DNA of 64,000 bases from assembly GCA_048886685.1 (NCBI GenBank), contig JBHLKM010000005.1, forward strand, positions 74,958 through 138,957, read 5' to 3'. This document shows, piece by piece, positions 40,186-50,923 of the stretch (its first letter is position 1; every line of letters begins with the position of its first letter). Both the position numbers and the translations under genes were made by a program. The stretch comes from Candidatus Hodarchaeota archaeon. GTDB lineage: Archaea > Asgardarchaeota > Lokiarchaeia > Sigyniarchaeales > SOKP01. The notes under the pieces were generated by a model. It saw only the letters and a list, made by a program, of their open reading frames with translations, searched no databases and was not told the origin of the DNA.

Positions 40186-41154
40186 TCATTTAACCTTTAT
40201 TTTGGTTATTAGTTCTTCTTTTTTCATTTCCCGTTCCCTCTTATATTTAGATTTTATTTTCTGATACTGAGCTCTTTTTCGTTGAAATTCTATCCTTCTT
40301 TTAAGAGATTTTCCTTTCTTTTTTAAATACTCTTTCTTAGCCTTTTTATACTCCTTTTTCGCCTTTTTATACTCCTTTTTTATCTTTTTATATTTTTTAT
40401 ATTTCCGCCTTATTTCATGTCTGAGGTCTTTGCTTATATCTCCTATTCCTAATTCACTTAAAGTTTCTTTAAATTTTTCAAATGACTCAAACCTAATTAC
40501 AATGATACCCAATTCTCTAGCAGGAACTAAATTTTTGATTTTATCATCTATAAATACACATTTTTTTGGTGAAGTATCTAGTTTCTTCATTACATATTTA
40601 TATTTCTCCAGATCAGGTTTAATTAATCCGATTTCATTCGAAAGAAAAACATTATCAAAAATATCATAAAAGCCTTTCAACATGTTAGATTTAGCATGAA
40701 TATCGTGAGTATTGGACATCAAACTGACTGTATATCCTGCTTGATGTAATCTTTCAATTATTTCTGCCATATCCGAGGAGACATGTGTGACTTGTGAGTA
40801 CAGATCAAACCACAATTCCACATAATACTCCGTATTTACTCTTTTTGGAGGTAAAGCTCCATTAGTTTTCTGAAATGGATAATAAAATTTATCTAATATT
40901 TTGTCTAAAAATTCTTTTGAAGAACTTCTCCCAGAACTTAAACTACGCTTAATTTTTCTAATATAGGAATTTTCTAATCGAGGAATGGTAACATTTAAAT
41001 CAGCCTCAACCATGTCAAGTAAATTTTTTAATACAAAGGTTTTTTCAATTAATACTCCACCAAAATCGAAAATAAAATGTTTTATCTTATACAATCTAAC
41101 CTTCTGTTTTTCCCCATAAATCTTAGATTTTTTAATCTCTTTTTGAGAATTCAT
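40186..41154 (-). CDS. HAD-superfamily phosphatase (YihX-like) with lysine-rich C-terminal tail
   Basis: FDFGGV, MSNT, KPD, FIDD. Confidence 0.88.
   Translation of the reverse strand: MNSQKEIKKSKIYGEKQKVRLYKIKHFIFDFGGVLIEKTFVLKNLLDMVEADLNVTIPRLENSYIRKIKRSLSSGRSSSKEFLDKILDKFYYPFQKTNGALPPKRVNTEYYVELWFDLYSQVTHVSSDMAEIIERLHQAGYTVSLMSNTHDIHAKSNMLKGFYDIFDNVFLSNEIGLIKPDLEKYKYVMKKLDTSPKKCVFIDDKIKNLVPARELGIIVIRFESFEKFKETLSELGIGDISKDLRHEIRRKYKKYKKIKKEYKKAKKEYKKAKKEYLKKKGKSLKRRIEFQRKRAQYQKIKSKYKREREMKKEELITKIKVK
40327..40400 (-). repeat. Imperfect 21-nt coding tandem repeat (KKAKKEY heptads)
   Basis: gcctttttatactccttttt repeated, with degenerate copies on both sides. Confidence 0.8.
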
Positions 41155-41173
41155 CTTTAATTTTAACTAATTA

Positions 41174-41965
41174 TTAATTATTATACTTTCTGATTACCTC
41201 AATTTGATCTAATATTATATTGCAGACTTTTTCAACCGGGGAACCATCACACTTCCAGTTTGTGAATTCAGGAAATGAACCTGGATCTACTACATATAAT
41301 TTGTTAGTAAGGTCTTCTCTGACAATATCTAAATGCCCAAATAGAACATCCCCATTGAAATGAGCTTTCCATTTGTTAATTATTTCTTGAATATCATTAG
41401 GAGTGTCAATTTTTTTCATATCAACATGTTCATCGGATAATGGAGGTTTTATCAAAGTACAAATTTTATCACCTATAAAATAAATATTATAATGAACACC
41501 TTTAATATATTTCTCTAGGTATAATATTTTATCATTATCTATCTCTAAATCCTCAATAGATCTAATTATCTTAACACCCTTACTCCCTGATCCCATGATT
41601 GGTTTTAAAATATAAGGATATTCGCTTAATTCATTTCTAAATGTATCTACTGTGCCTAAATAGATTTCTGGAGTCAATATGCCTATTTTCTTCATTAAAA
41701 AATTTGAATGGATTCGATTTTTTTGTATAAAAGAGACTTCGGGTTTTGGTATAACTTGAATATTATTTGCTTCTAAATAATAACCTGCATAAAGAAAAAA
41801 AAGGTTTTTAGACTTTAAAATGTAGAAATCATTATTTAAAAGATTTTCATTTATGATAAGGTTTTCCAATGTATAAATTGTAACTGCAAATCCTCTACTC
41901 TCTAAGTAGTTTCTTAGTTTGCCTGTGAACATTGTTTTTCTTTTTGATAAAATTCCTATCTTCAT
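41174..41965 (-). CDS. ATP-grasp protein (RimK/ITPK1-like)
   Basis: ILKPIMGSGSKG, LEKYI, LDIV, YVVDPGSFPEF. Confidence 0.75.
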   Translation of the reverse strand: MKIGILSKRKTMFTGKLRNYLESRGFAVTIYTLENLIINENLLNNDFYILKSKNLFFLYAGYYLEANNIQVIPKPEVSFIQKNRIHSNFLMKKIGILTPEIYLGTVDTFRNELSEYPYILKPIMGSGSKGVKIIRSIEDLEIDNDKILYLEKYIKGVHYNIYFIGDKICTLIKPPLSDEHVDMKKIDTPNDIQEIINKWKAHFNGDVLFGHLDIVREDLTNKLYVVDPGSFPEFTNWKCDGSPVEKVCNIILDQIEVIRKYNN

Positions 41966-41979
41966 ATTTACTAAAATTA

Positions 41980-42795
41980 TTATATTTTTGCTTGTTTTAA
42001 TAGAAAATCGGCTACAATCTTATGGCCTTCTTTAATGTAATTGAAATTGGGAGTACAATTAATATCTGTCAAAAAGAATTGGTCTTGTGATTTTAAAAAA
42101 TCTAGTGATGCTAATTTTAAATCCATTTCTTCCATCGCTTTATAACAATATTCTTCTAATTCAGGATCCCTATCAATCTCCCTTCTTGATTCCGTTTTAT
42201 TGGGATTAACTAAAATAGGTATCTGTTTATAGAAGTATATTTTTTCACCGATTCCATAAACCTTATATTCCCATTTGCTTTTAATAAATTTCTGATAATA
42301 AAGATAATTATATCTTGGATCAACTTTATCAACTTCATTCAAGGCTCTCTCATCAGCTACTTTCAATCGTCCATTCTCTTTATGAACTATAGGTTTAAAT
42401 TTATAATTTTTCTGGTCAATGATATTTTTTATAATATAATCCCTGAATGGTGGGATACTTCCTTTAGGATTCAATGAGAAGTCTGGTATTGGAATACCTA
42501 TCCTTCTTAAAACCACACTATTTAGAAACCTATTAATTGCTAACCAGTTTCCCCTATAAGAATTTACAACTGGGATATCAGTTACGGTTTCTATTAATTT
42601 TAGATAGGCTAATATCAGATCTCCTTTTCCTTTAACAAAAAATAAACTTTCATCAAAATCTATTTTAGAACCTTCTAAAAGAAATGTTTCTTCAGTGTAT
42701 AATTTTATTTTCGCTTTACTTTTTAAATATTTCAAAAATTCAGATACTTTATATTTTAAATGATATTTATCAATAATTATTCCTATTTTTTTCAA
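41980..42795 (-). CDS. ATP-grasp protein (ITPK1-like)
   Basis: YQKFI, EYKVYGIG, LDFL, LTDINCTPNF. Confidence 0.75.
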   Translation of the reverse strand: MKKIGIIIDKYHLKYKVSEFLKYLKSKAKIKLYTEETFLLEGSKIDFDESLFFVKGKGDLILAYLKLIETVTDIPVVNSYRGNWLAINRFLNSVVLRRIGIPIPDFSLNPKGSIPPFRDYIIKNIIDQKNYKFKPIVHKENGRLKVADERALNEVDKVDPRYNYLYYQKFIKSKWEYKVYGIGEKIYFYKQIPILVNPNKTESRREIDRDPELEEYCYKAMEEMDLKLASLDFLKSQDQFFLTDINCTPNFNYIKEGHKIVADFLLKQAKI

Positions 42796-43036
42796 GAAGT
42801 TAACCTTTGAAGCTTTACTTAAGAAATAATCTATACTTTAATAAGTTATAAAATAAAAAAACAATATAAATTCGATTGATATTATTGATTATTCAATACA
42901 AACTTGAAAAAAATTCACTGTAATATGAAATTCAAATATATAAAGTAGAATTATGATATTAAAACTCCAGTTTTCAATCAATATATTTAAATACCATAAT
43001 TTATTCATAAAATATCAAAATAATAGGGTTTTTATT

Positions 43037-43945
43037 ATGTCAAATAAGCTCAATAGAAGTTATATTGGCGCAATTTGTAATCGTGATCTTGAAATTCTAC
43101 AAGAGATCAAGAAATTTTGTAATAAAAACTATAATATTTCTATAGTAAACCTTATTAAGCCGGGTTCTGATAATTTTAATGTTAAATATTTTAAGAAAAA
43201 GTTAAAGAAATATCCTATTTCATTAATTATTTTAAAATTATTGTCTGAAGCATCAAATCAAGTAATTTATGAAGCCATAAACAAATTTGCTCCCGATATT
43301 CCTTTATTAAATAGCCAAAATTCAGTTAAAACTTGTGAAAGCAGAATTGAAACTTTTGATTATATCAATCAAAAATGTAAAAAGTTGAATATTCCGCAAA
43401 TTTATCATACTTTTAATGAAGCATATAAAGCATGCGATCAAGGAAAAGACATTATTATTAAATTAGATACCCATAATATACCTTCTCTTCCTAAAAATGA
43501 TAGAATCCTTGGAGTTGCTAGAAACTTGGACCAATTTAAGAAGATAACAGCAGAATTCAAAAGTAATAACTTATTTTTTCAAGAATACCTAGGTGAATTT
43601 GATATAATATACAAAATATATGTAATTGATCGATGGGCTGTTTCTATAACTTCTTATAATCGTTTACATGATATATCAGACTTATCTCCTCTAGAGCTTA
43701 TACATATCAGAGTACCAATAGAAAAACAACTGAAACGAAGGTTATTAAGATTAGGTAGAAAATTAGGTATGGCAATTTTTGGTATAGATTACATTTTAAC
43801 TGAAGAAGGAATACCCTATATAGTGGATGTAAATGATTTTCCAAGTTTTAGAAGTATCCCTGAAGCAGTGAGTCTAATTTCAGATTATATATATAACATG
43901 GTTAATCTTAGACAGCAATATCTTAAAGCTCCAGTTAAGGTTTAG
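43037..43945 (+). CDS. ATP-grasp protein, inositol-phosphate kinase (ITPK1)-like
   Basis: FQEYL, IYKIYVI, FGIDYI, IVDVNDFPSF; ATG at 43037 preferred. Confidence 0.78.
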   Translation: MSNKLNRSYIGAICNRDLEILQEIKKFCNKNYNISIVNLIKPGSDNFNVKYFKKKLKKYPISLIILKLLSEASNQVIYEAINKFAPDIPLLNSQNSVKTCESRIETFDYINQKCKKLNIPQIYHTFNEAYKACDQGKDIIIKLDTHNIPSLPKNDRILGVARNLDQFKKITAEFKSNNLFFQEYLGEFDIIYKIYVIDRWAVSITSYNRLHDISDLSPLELIHIRVPIEKQLKRRLLRLGRKLGMAIFGIDYILTEEGIPYIVDVNDFPSFRSIPEAVSLISDYIYNMVNLRQQYLKAPVKV

Positions 43946-43974
43946 AATCAAAGAAATTATTTTCTTTCTTTAGA

Positions 43975-45069
43975 TTACTGATTCCTTTTATTTTCGATAA
44001 ATTCAATAAGTCTTTTTTTCGCAATATAATCATCTAGTTGTTCTGGAGGATGTTTCGTAAAAAAAGAGCAAGCTGAATGAAGTATCCCCCCGATTTTTCT
44101 GTCTTTAGCAATTTTGCTAATCCTGATACAGTCAGCTATTATTCCTGCTGAATTGTTACCATCTTCTACAAACATCGTTACATCTATCCGTACAGGAGCA
44201 CCGCCAAAGATTCTGCCCTCAAGTCTCATATATGCTTCTTTTTGATTTTTTAAAAATGGAATGTAATCAACAGCAGAGATTTTACATTCCACATCATCTT
44301 TATTTTGGAGGTTTGCTATTACTGCCTCTGTTTTTGATTGTCTTTTTCCTTGTTCGTATCTTAGTTCCCCATTGGGCATAGGAGAAAGCAAATTACAGAA
44401 ATCACTACATCCCCCCCAGTCTAATTGGATTGTTCTATCTAATATTGCCCCTCTCATTGGAAATAGATTAGCTAAGGACCTATGGATTATTGTTGCTCCA
44501 ATCTGAGATTTTACATCATCTCCAATTAAAGATAAATTTAATTCTTCTGCTTTTTTTACAATATCAGGATCTTTAGCAACGAGAGAAGGCATTCCATTTA
44601 CCACACATGATCCTGCTTCAAGTGCACTCATAGCATAAAATTTAACTGCCTTATGTGCTCCTGTAGGAAGCAAAATAATGGTAACATCAACATTTTTATT
44701 CTGTATTTCTTTAGCAATATCTGCGGGTTTCTGATTTTCATCAATTGGTATTATATTTTTAATGTTGCTATCTAATCCATCCATTACAGGGCCTTTAATC
44801 ACAGGAGCATTCATGAATTCTGGTTCAAAAAGTTTCATATTACAGTTAGGGCTAATAAAAATCGCTTCACTTAAATCTTTTCCAACCTTATTAGCATTCA
44901 CGTCTATCCCAAGGACAAAATTAATATCATTGATGCTATACTGGGTAATTTCTGGTAATATCCCGATAATTTTTGCGGAGTTATTTTTGTAGTTTTGAAT
45001 TCCTTGCACAAGAGCCGACGAAACATCACCCAATCCTACTATGGCAACATTGATTATTTTATCCTCCAT
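43975..45069 (-). CDS. ino1: myo-inositol-1-phosphate synthase
   Basis: VAIVGLG..SSALVQG, GDDVKSQIGAT, SKT, ED..NSAG, F.KHPP. Confidence 0.9.
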   Translation of the reverse strand: MEDKIINVAIVGLGDVSSALVQGIQNYKNNSAKIIGILPEITQYSINDINFVLGIDVNANKVGKDLSEAIFISPNCNMKLFEPEFMNAPVIKGPVMDGLDSNIKNIIPIDENQKPADIAKEIQNKNVDVTIILLPTGAHKAVKFYAMSALEAGSCVVNGMPSLVAKDPDIVKKAEELNLSLIGDDVKSQIGATIIHRSLANLFPMRGAILDRTIQLDWGGCSDFCNLLSPMPNGELRYEQGKRQSKTEAVIANLQNKDDVECKISAVDYIPFLKNQKEAYMRLEGRIFGGAPVRIDVTMFVEDGNNSAGIIADCIRISKIAKDRKIGGILHSACSFFTKHPPEQLDDYIAKKRLIEFIENKRNQ

Positions 45070-45319
45070 ATTATTGATTATATAAAATTATTATATTTAA
45101 ATCATTTTAATATAATATGTTGGATTTTCGTAAGAATTCTTCTTAAAACTTACATTTAAGTGATTTAGATGAAAATAAAAAGCAATATCTTGAACATATT
45201 CCTCTTATTTAATGTCAACTTTATGCTGGCCTTAGTAATTAGATATTTGTAATTACCTTAGTTTTAATTTTTGCAATCCAATTATATTTTTTCTAATCAG
45301 CAGAAAATTTGCAAACTAG

Positions 45320-46260
45320 TTATTCCTTTTTTGATGTCTCTTTTACTCTAAGAAAAATAGGAATGGAACCCATGAAAAAAATGGGTGCAAAGATAAATAT
45401 GAAAGACTCTGGTATGAATCCCGCGATTATAAAATATGTTGCTACAAAACCCCCTATAAAAGCCCCAATAATCTGTGGTAATGTATATATTATATTCAAC
45501 AGACCAAAAAATTTACCCCGTGAATCCTCAGGAATTAAGTCCTGAGACCAAGTATTCATAGGAGTATCAAGGCCTAAAATTATGATGAGTAAAAAGGGTA
45601 ATATTACGTAGAATAAAATTAAATTTATCTGATCGTTTACTTTTATGAAAGGTATTAGAAATAACATTGTTGAAGTTATCATAATTGAAATAGGTATGAA
45701 CTTTTTGCGCCCATGTTTGTCAGAAAGTCTTCCTAATAAATTAATAACAATTATTAGGACTGGAAATGAAATGACTATTCCAATAAGCAATTCTACCGTG
45801 GATAAACCTAAAGCAAATATGTAAATAAAAAGAAAAGGCATAATAATTCCAGAACCTGTCTTATAAATCGTAAGAGCTAAAACAATTTTAAAGAAATCTT
45901 TATGAGTTTTTAATTGTTCTAAATTGACAATTTCTTTTATTTCAACTATAAATTTCTTCTTCGGTGGTAACTCTAAAGCTTTTTTTTCTTTAATGAAAAA
46001 AAACCTAATAATCCTGTGATTAAAAAAGCTGTTCCTCCTATTGTATGAATAAATATATGACCTTCTTTTCCGATAACTGTTTCACCTCCACTTTCTTGTC
46101 CAAAAATGAGATCAGCAACTAAGAAGGCTGCAATAGCAAGCAATTAACCAACGTTTAAAATTGAATTTACGATGCCATTTGCAAGACCTCTTCTTTCTAA
46201 TTCTACTGTATCAGGTATTAGAGATCTCTAAGATACATAATAAACATTAGAAGTAAAACT
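45320..46260 (-). pseudogene. MFS transporter pseudogene
   Basis: Upstream frame SLIPDTVELERRGLANG... has TAG (46228-30) and TAA (46144-46), a frameshift in the A8 run at 45996-46003, and no 5' end; 3' part carries GRLSDKHGRK. Confidence 0.8.
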
Positions 46261-46394
46261 TAATCAAATTCACTACAATTTATTTTGAAATGCTATATTT
46301 GATATTATTTCAATTTTATACTATTTAAGTTTAGAATTTCTCTTTTTTGTAAATATTAATGTTTAAAACAAATAGGTAATTTTTTATTGAATAT

Positions 46395-47288
46395 ATGGTT
46401 AAAAAAATAGTTTTTTCTGCAAGACAAGATCACGAAGTTATTTCGTACTTAATTTATAATTTAAAACAAATAGAAGATTTTGAAATAATACTTCATGATC
46501 CACAAAAAGAATTCTTTTGTCTTTCTGAAATGCCAACTTCATTCAAAGAAGCAGACTTAATCATAGTAAAAGTAAGGAATGAATGCTCCATTGACTTACT
46601 GCATTTCGCTAAGCTTTATAATATCCCAACTCTTCATGACATTGACACAATTTTAATGTGTAAAAATAAAATTGCTCTTGATTACGCCTTAAGGAAAGTA
46701 TTGGAAATGTATTCTGAAGAACTAGATAAATTCTTATTACCTAAATCTTGGAGCAATTCTTTAAAGGATATAAATAAATTTAAGAAATGGGCATCACCTA
46801 AATTACCAATAGTTATTAAAAGTCATTATCAACATGACAAATATAACCGTTTTAATTTCTTAGTTCAAAAAGTAAAGGAAATAGATAAGTTTTGTGAAAT
46901 GTATAACCAATTCCTATATTATGATGTGTACATCCAAGAATTCATCGAATGTGACGGTTTTGAGCGAAAAGTATATGTAATTGGTGATGAGGTGTTTGGC
47001 ATTAAAAGAGAAAATCCTATTTATATCTACTTAAGAGAAAAACCAAATAGTATTGACGTAGATTTGATTGAACGTGAAGAATTTAAAATTACAGAACATA
47101 TAAGAAATCTCTCGAAAATATTATCAAGGGAATTAAAGCTTAAAATTTTTGGTTTTGACTTAGTTAAGCCTGTTGATCAAGATAAATTATACCTTATTGA
47201 TTTGAATGATTTTCCGAGTTTTAAAGGGGTTCCTAATATCGAAAATACGTTAAGCAAATTTATAAAAGACTATATTCTAGCTCTCTAA
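46395..47288 (+). CDS. ATP-grasp protein, ITPK1-like
   Basis: IQEFI, ERKVYVIG, FGFDLV, LIDLNDFPSF. Confidence 0.78.
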   Translation: MVKKIVFSARQDHEVISYLIYNLKQIEDFEIILHDPQKEFFCLSEMPTSFKEADLIIVKVRNECSIDLLHFAKLYNIPTLHDIDTILMCKNKIALDYALRKVLEMYSEELDKFLLPKSWSNSLKDINKFKKWASPKLPIVIKSHYQHDKYNRFNFLVQKVKEIDKFCEMYNQFLYYDVYIQEFIECDGFERKVYVIGDEVFGIKRENPIYIYLREKPNSIDVDLIEREEFKITEHIRNLSKILSRELKLKIFGFDLVKPVDQDKLYLIDLNDFPSFKGVPNIENTLSKFIKDYILAL

Positions 47289-48130
47289 GAGAATATTATA
47301 AAAGGAATGATAATAATGTAAGCAACCAACCCATATGCAACACAAAAATATCCAAAATTAATTTTTTTGGCTATTCTAAGTAATAATTCTATTGTCAGAT
47401 ATCCTATAATAAAACTAATTGAAGTCGCTATAATAATAGTAATTAAAGCTAAAGAACCAAATATTGAGCCTTCGCCAAATAAAATGTCTACAATAATAGA
47501 AGCGATAACAACTGGAACAGACATTAAGAAACTTAACCTAAGAGCATCATTTTGTTCATGTTTTTCTATCAGTATCGTTGAAACAGTAACTCCTGAACGA
47601 GAAATTCCTGGTAATATTGAAAAACCTTGAACAAGCCCTGATATAAAACTCTCTTTTCTTACTTTATCTCGAGAGACATTTGTTATTTGTTTGTTGCCAT
47701 AAATCTTCCTAGTCTTAATTAATATTATGCCAGTTAATAATAATAATCCTGAGATAAAAAGAGTAATTAAGTCTCCTTGAATGGCTTTAAAAGCATCTAA
47801 AAATATAAGTTTGAAAATAAAATAAAGAGGTAGAGCGGTAATAGCAGTTCCAATCGTTGCATAAATTATCCAATTCCTGTTCTTAATATCACTCTCCTCT
47901 ACATCAGACTCCTTCTGAATTATTGTTTTAATTATTCTAACATAATCTCCTCTAAATTTTATTAGAACTGCTATAGCTGTACCAAAATGTAACCATATCG
48001 CAAGACTGAAAGCATTCTTATCAGAAATCCCAAAAAAATTAGTGGATACAATCATAACTTGACCTGATGACGAAATAGGAAGCCATTCGAATATTCCTTG
48101 GATTAAAGCAATGATGATATATTCAATCAT
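47285..48130 (-). CDS. uppP: Undecaprenyl/polyprenyl-diphosphate phosphatase (BacA)
   Basis: QGIFEWLPISSSG, PGISRSG, SFLMS. Confidence 0.92.
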   Translation of the reverse strand: MIEYIIIALIQGIFEWLPISSSGQVMIVSTNFFGISDKNAFSLAIWLHFGTAIAVLIKFRGDYVRIIKTIIQKESDVEESDIKNRNWIIYATIGTAITALPLYFIFKLIFLDAFKAIQGDLITLFISGLLLLTGIILIKTRKIYGNKQITNVSRDKVRKESFISGLVQGFSILPGISRSGVTVSTILIEKHEQNDALRLSFLMSVPVVIASIIVDILFGEGSIFGSLALITIIIATSISFIIGYLTIELLLRIAKKINFGYFCVAYGLVAYIIIIPFIIFS

Positions 48131-48133
48131 TTT

Positions 48134-48634
48134 CTAAAACGAATATTTTTTTAATCCATCCATTAAGCACTCAATAATTTCATCTCTAACCTTCTTAAAG
48201 ATCTCTTCTTTCATACTTGGATCTTCAATATCTCCAGATTTTCCACCGAATTCTTTAATTGTATAGATTTCCTTATGATCAATACCAATAAATTCATGAA
48301 TTTCTTTTTTGTGTTTTTCTGTTAACGTTAGAATAAGATCTGCTTTCTTTATTAACTCTGGACGCTTTTTCAAGTCAATAGATACTGAAATATCTGAAAG
48401 TTTAATTCCAATTTCTTCCATAACTAATTTTGCATCCATCGAGATAAGCATTCCGTCTCTAGCATGAGAAGAAATTCCTCCTGAATAAACTTCGATATCA
48501 AGATTATTTTTTGAGAAGAAATCTTTTAAATAACCCTCAGCTATCCTACTTCTAGCAGTATTAACACTACATACGAGTAAAATTGATTTATAAGGAAATT
48601 TTAGTACCATTAATAGAACTAAAAGTAAGATCAA
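48134..48634 (-). CDS. Low-molecular-weight protein tyrosine phosphatase / ArsC family
   Basis: VCSVNTARS (CX5R), DIEDP; true start probably downstream. Confidence 0.85.
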   Translation of the reverse strand: MILLLVLLMVLKFPYKSILLVCSVNTARSRIAEGYLKDFFSKNNLDIEVYSGGISSHARDGMLISMDAKLVMEEIGIKLSDISVSIDLKKRPELIKKADLILTLTEKHKKEIHEFIGIDHKEIYTIKEFGGKSGDIEDPSMKEEIFKKVRDEIIECLMDGLKKYSF

Positions 48635-48650
48635 AAATAATCTTTATTAT

Positions 48651-49337
48651 TTATATGAGACTCTCTTTGGATACAAATTTAATACCCCTCTTTATCATGT
48701 TTTCTAAGGCTCTTTTTATGCTCCCTTCCGGCAAATCAACACCTCTCGTCAATTTAACTAATAAATAAACGTCAAAACCAAAATCCAATCCATCCATTGC
48801 TGTAAAATAACAACAATAATCTAATGCTAATCCACATATGAAAATCCGATTAATGTTTTCTGAATTCAAATACTCTCTTAGACCTGTTTCTGATCTTCTA
48901 TCGTTATCTTGAAAACCAGAATAACTATCTACATTTGGATTCATTCCTTTTCTAATTATTTTATTTCCCAAACTTATTTTTAAATCTTTATGGAATTCAG
49001 CACCTTTAGTATTTTGAACACAATGATCTGGCCATAATACAGGGCCAATAGCACCATCTTCAGATGTGAATTCATCGCCAGGATTCTTACCTTGATGATT
49101 ACTTGCGAAAGATTTATGATTCTGTGGATGCCAGTCTTGAGTAAAGACAACTAACCCTTTATTTTTTTTAAATTTTTTGCCAACTTTGTTTATATCTTTT
49201 GTAATAAGATCTCCTTCTTCGACTGCTAATGATCCGCCAGGGATAAAATCGTTTTGCATATCAACAATTATGAGTGCATCTTTCTCGTCAATACTTATAT
49301 TTTTTTCATATTTTAGATTTTCCATCGAGTTAATCAC
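48651..49337 (-). CDS. pncA: Nicotinamidase
   Basis: VDMQNDF, QDWHP, WPDHC, RKG, GLALDYC. Confidence 0.93.
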   Translation of the reverse strand: MINSMENLKYEKNISIDEKDALIIVDMQNDFIPGGSLAVEEGDLITKDINKVGKKFKKNKGLVVFTQDWHPQNHKSFASNHQGKNPGDEFTSEDGAIGPVLWPDHCVQNTKGAEFHKDLKISLGNKIIRKGMNPNVDSYSGFQDNDRRSETGLREYLNSENINRIFICGLALDYCCYFTAMDGLDFGFDVYLLVKLTRGVDLPEGSIKRALENMIKRGIKFVSKESLI

Positions 49338-49361
49338 TAATTTTATTAATATTAATGTAAA

Positions 49362-50033
49362 TTATATCTTTTTACGTAATATATAAATCGAAATAAATAA
49401 AAACCAAATGAGGATTGAAAACATGACAACCCATTCATATAAAGGCATGATAGTATATACACTTCTCCCAAATGAGCCACAAATTTCTGGAAAAGCCTGA
49501 CAAAAATTGGTGATGAAAAATGGTATAAGGAAAGAGCCAAATATACCAGCTATCACAAAACTAAAATTAGATACTGATTTAGTATATTTTGAACTTTTTA
49601 ACATTAAAAAACCAAAAAGTATACAATCTACAAGTCCCCCAATCCAACTTAAAAGAGCGAATAAACCATGCAAATCACTAAATTTTCCTCCCGATACAGC
49701 TCCAGTTAATACAGCGATTACTGAAGTTATAATTCCAGCACCTATTGCAATTTTTCTCACGTTTTCATTCACAATTTCGTCTTTTAAAGATCTCCCAACA
49801 TAGACAATAAAAGGTATTGCAATTGTATTCGAAATTATTAATCCACTTCTTGAAAATATTCCTCCAGGATGGTGTCCTAACACACTTATTGATTTCTTCC
49901 ACATCACATAATCTGGAGATAACAAAAGGGCTATAATAAAACCAAAAAAGCCAACTATAAATGTTATCAACCCAAAGACATAACTTGGTATAACCTTGAA
50001 TAGATTGTCGAAGAATTCATTTATACTTTTCAT
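49362..50033 (-). CDS. DUF998-like membrane protein
   Basis: PDY....ISVLG, LHG, YEW; paralogous to the next gene. Confidence 0.65.
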   Translation of the reverse strand: MKSINEFFDNLFKVIPSYVFGLITFIVGFFGFIIALLLSPDYVMWKKSISVLGHHPGGIFSRSGLIISNTIAIPFIVYVGRSLKDEIVNENVRKIAIGAGIITSVIAVLTGAVSGGKFSDLHGLFALLSWIGGLVDCILFGFLMLKSSKYTKSVSNFSFVIAGIFGSFLIPFFITNFCQAFPEICGSFGRSVYTIMPLYEWVVMFSILIWFLFISIYILRKKI

Positions 50034-50118
50034 AATATTCTGTCAACCTTTTATTCTTAATAAAAATTTCCATATTTAATTAAAAATCAAACTCAAAAAG
50101 AATATCATCTTTTTAGAT

Positions 50119-50769
50119 TTAGATTTTATTATATATCATATAAAGAGAAACGATTAAATACCAGAGGATCACTAAAATTGTATTTATCCATTCAAGTGAG
50201 GGTAGGATTATCATTAGATACCTCAAAGTTGGTAAAAGGTGTAAATAAAATAGAATCATTAATAAAATTAGAGTAAATGAGACCAAAAAACCGAAATATG
50301 CGAGGATTTTTTGATATTTGGAATCTTTAAGGAGTAGAATATTGAAAAATGTGATATAAAATAATCCTGTTTGCCAACTTATCATAGCAAAGACACCATG
50401 TATTAGGGCAATAATAGGATTGGATCCACAAAATGCTCCTAAAATGATAAAACTTATACATGAAATAGACGCTAAAATTACAGTACTTTTTCTCATTTTT
50501 TCACTGATTTCTTCCTTATTAAAGGTACCCCCTAAATAGATTATAAATAAGAGAGCAAATGTTCCAGAAAAAACATTACCAATTTGAAAAAACAAGCCTC
50601 CAGGTCCCTTACACAATGAGCTTACTGCTTTTCTAGTAAAATTATATCCGGGATACATTAAATATGAGATTAAATCTCCTAAAAAACCAAATGTTATGGA
50701 TAATAATCCATAGAACGCTCCTGGAATGACACGATTAATTTTTTTGGCAATTAAATCAAATTTCTCCAT
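50119..50769 (-). CDS. DUF998-like membrane protein (tandem paralog)
   Basis: PGY....VSSL, IHG, LEW. Confidence 0.65.
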   Translation of the reverse strand: MEKFDLIAKKINRVIPGAFYGLLSITFGFLGDLISYLMYPGYNFTRKAVSSLCKGPGGLFFQIGNVFSGTFALLFIIYLGGTFNKEEISEKMRKSTVILASISCISFIILGAFCGSNPIIALIHGVFAMISWQTGLFYITFFNILLLKDSKYQKILAYFGFLVSFTLILLMILFYLHLLPTLRYLMIILPSLEWINTILVILWYLIVSLYMIYNKI

Positions 50770-50923
50770 AATTGTCTATTTGAAATTGATACAGGAGGCT
50801 TTGTAATAATTTATTGGAATAATAATTATAAATTTAATTGCTATAATATAAAAACCATTTTATACTTCAGAGATTACAATTTTAAATCAATCAGAAAAAA
50901 TTAGGATTTTAGAATCGAAGAAA

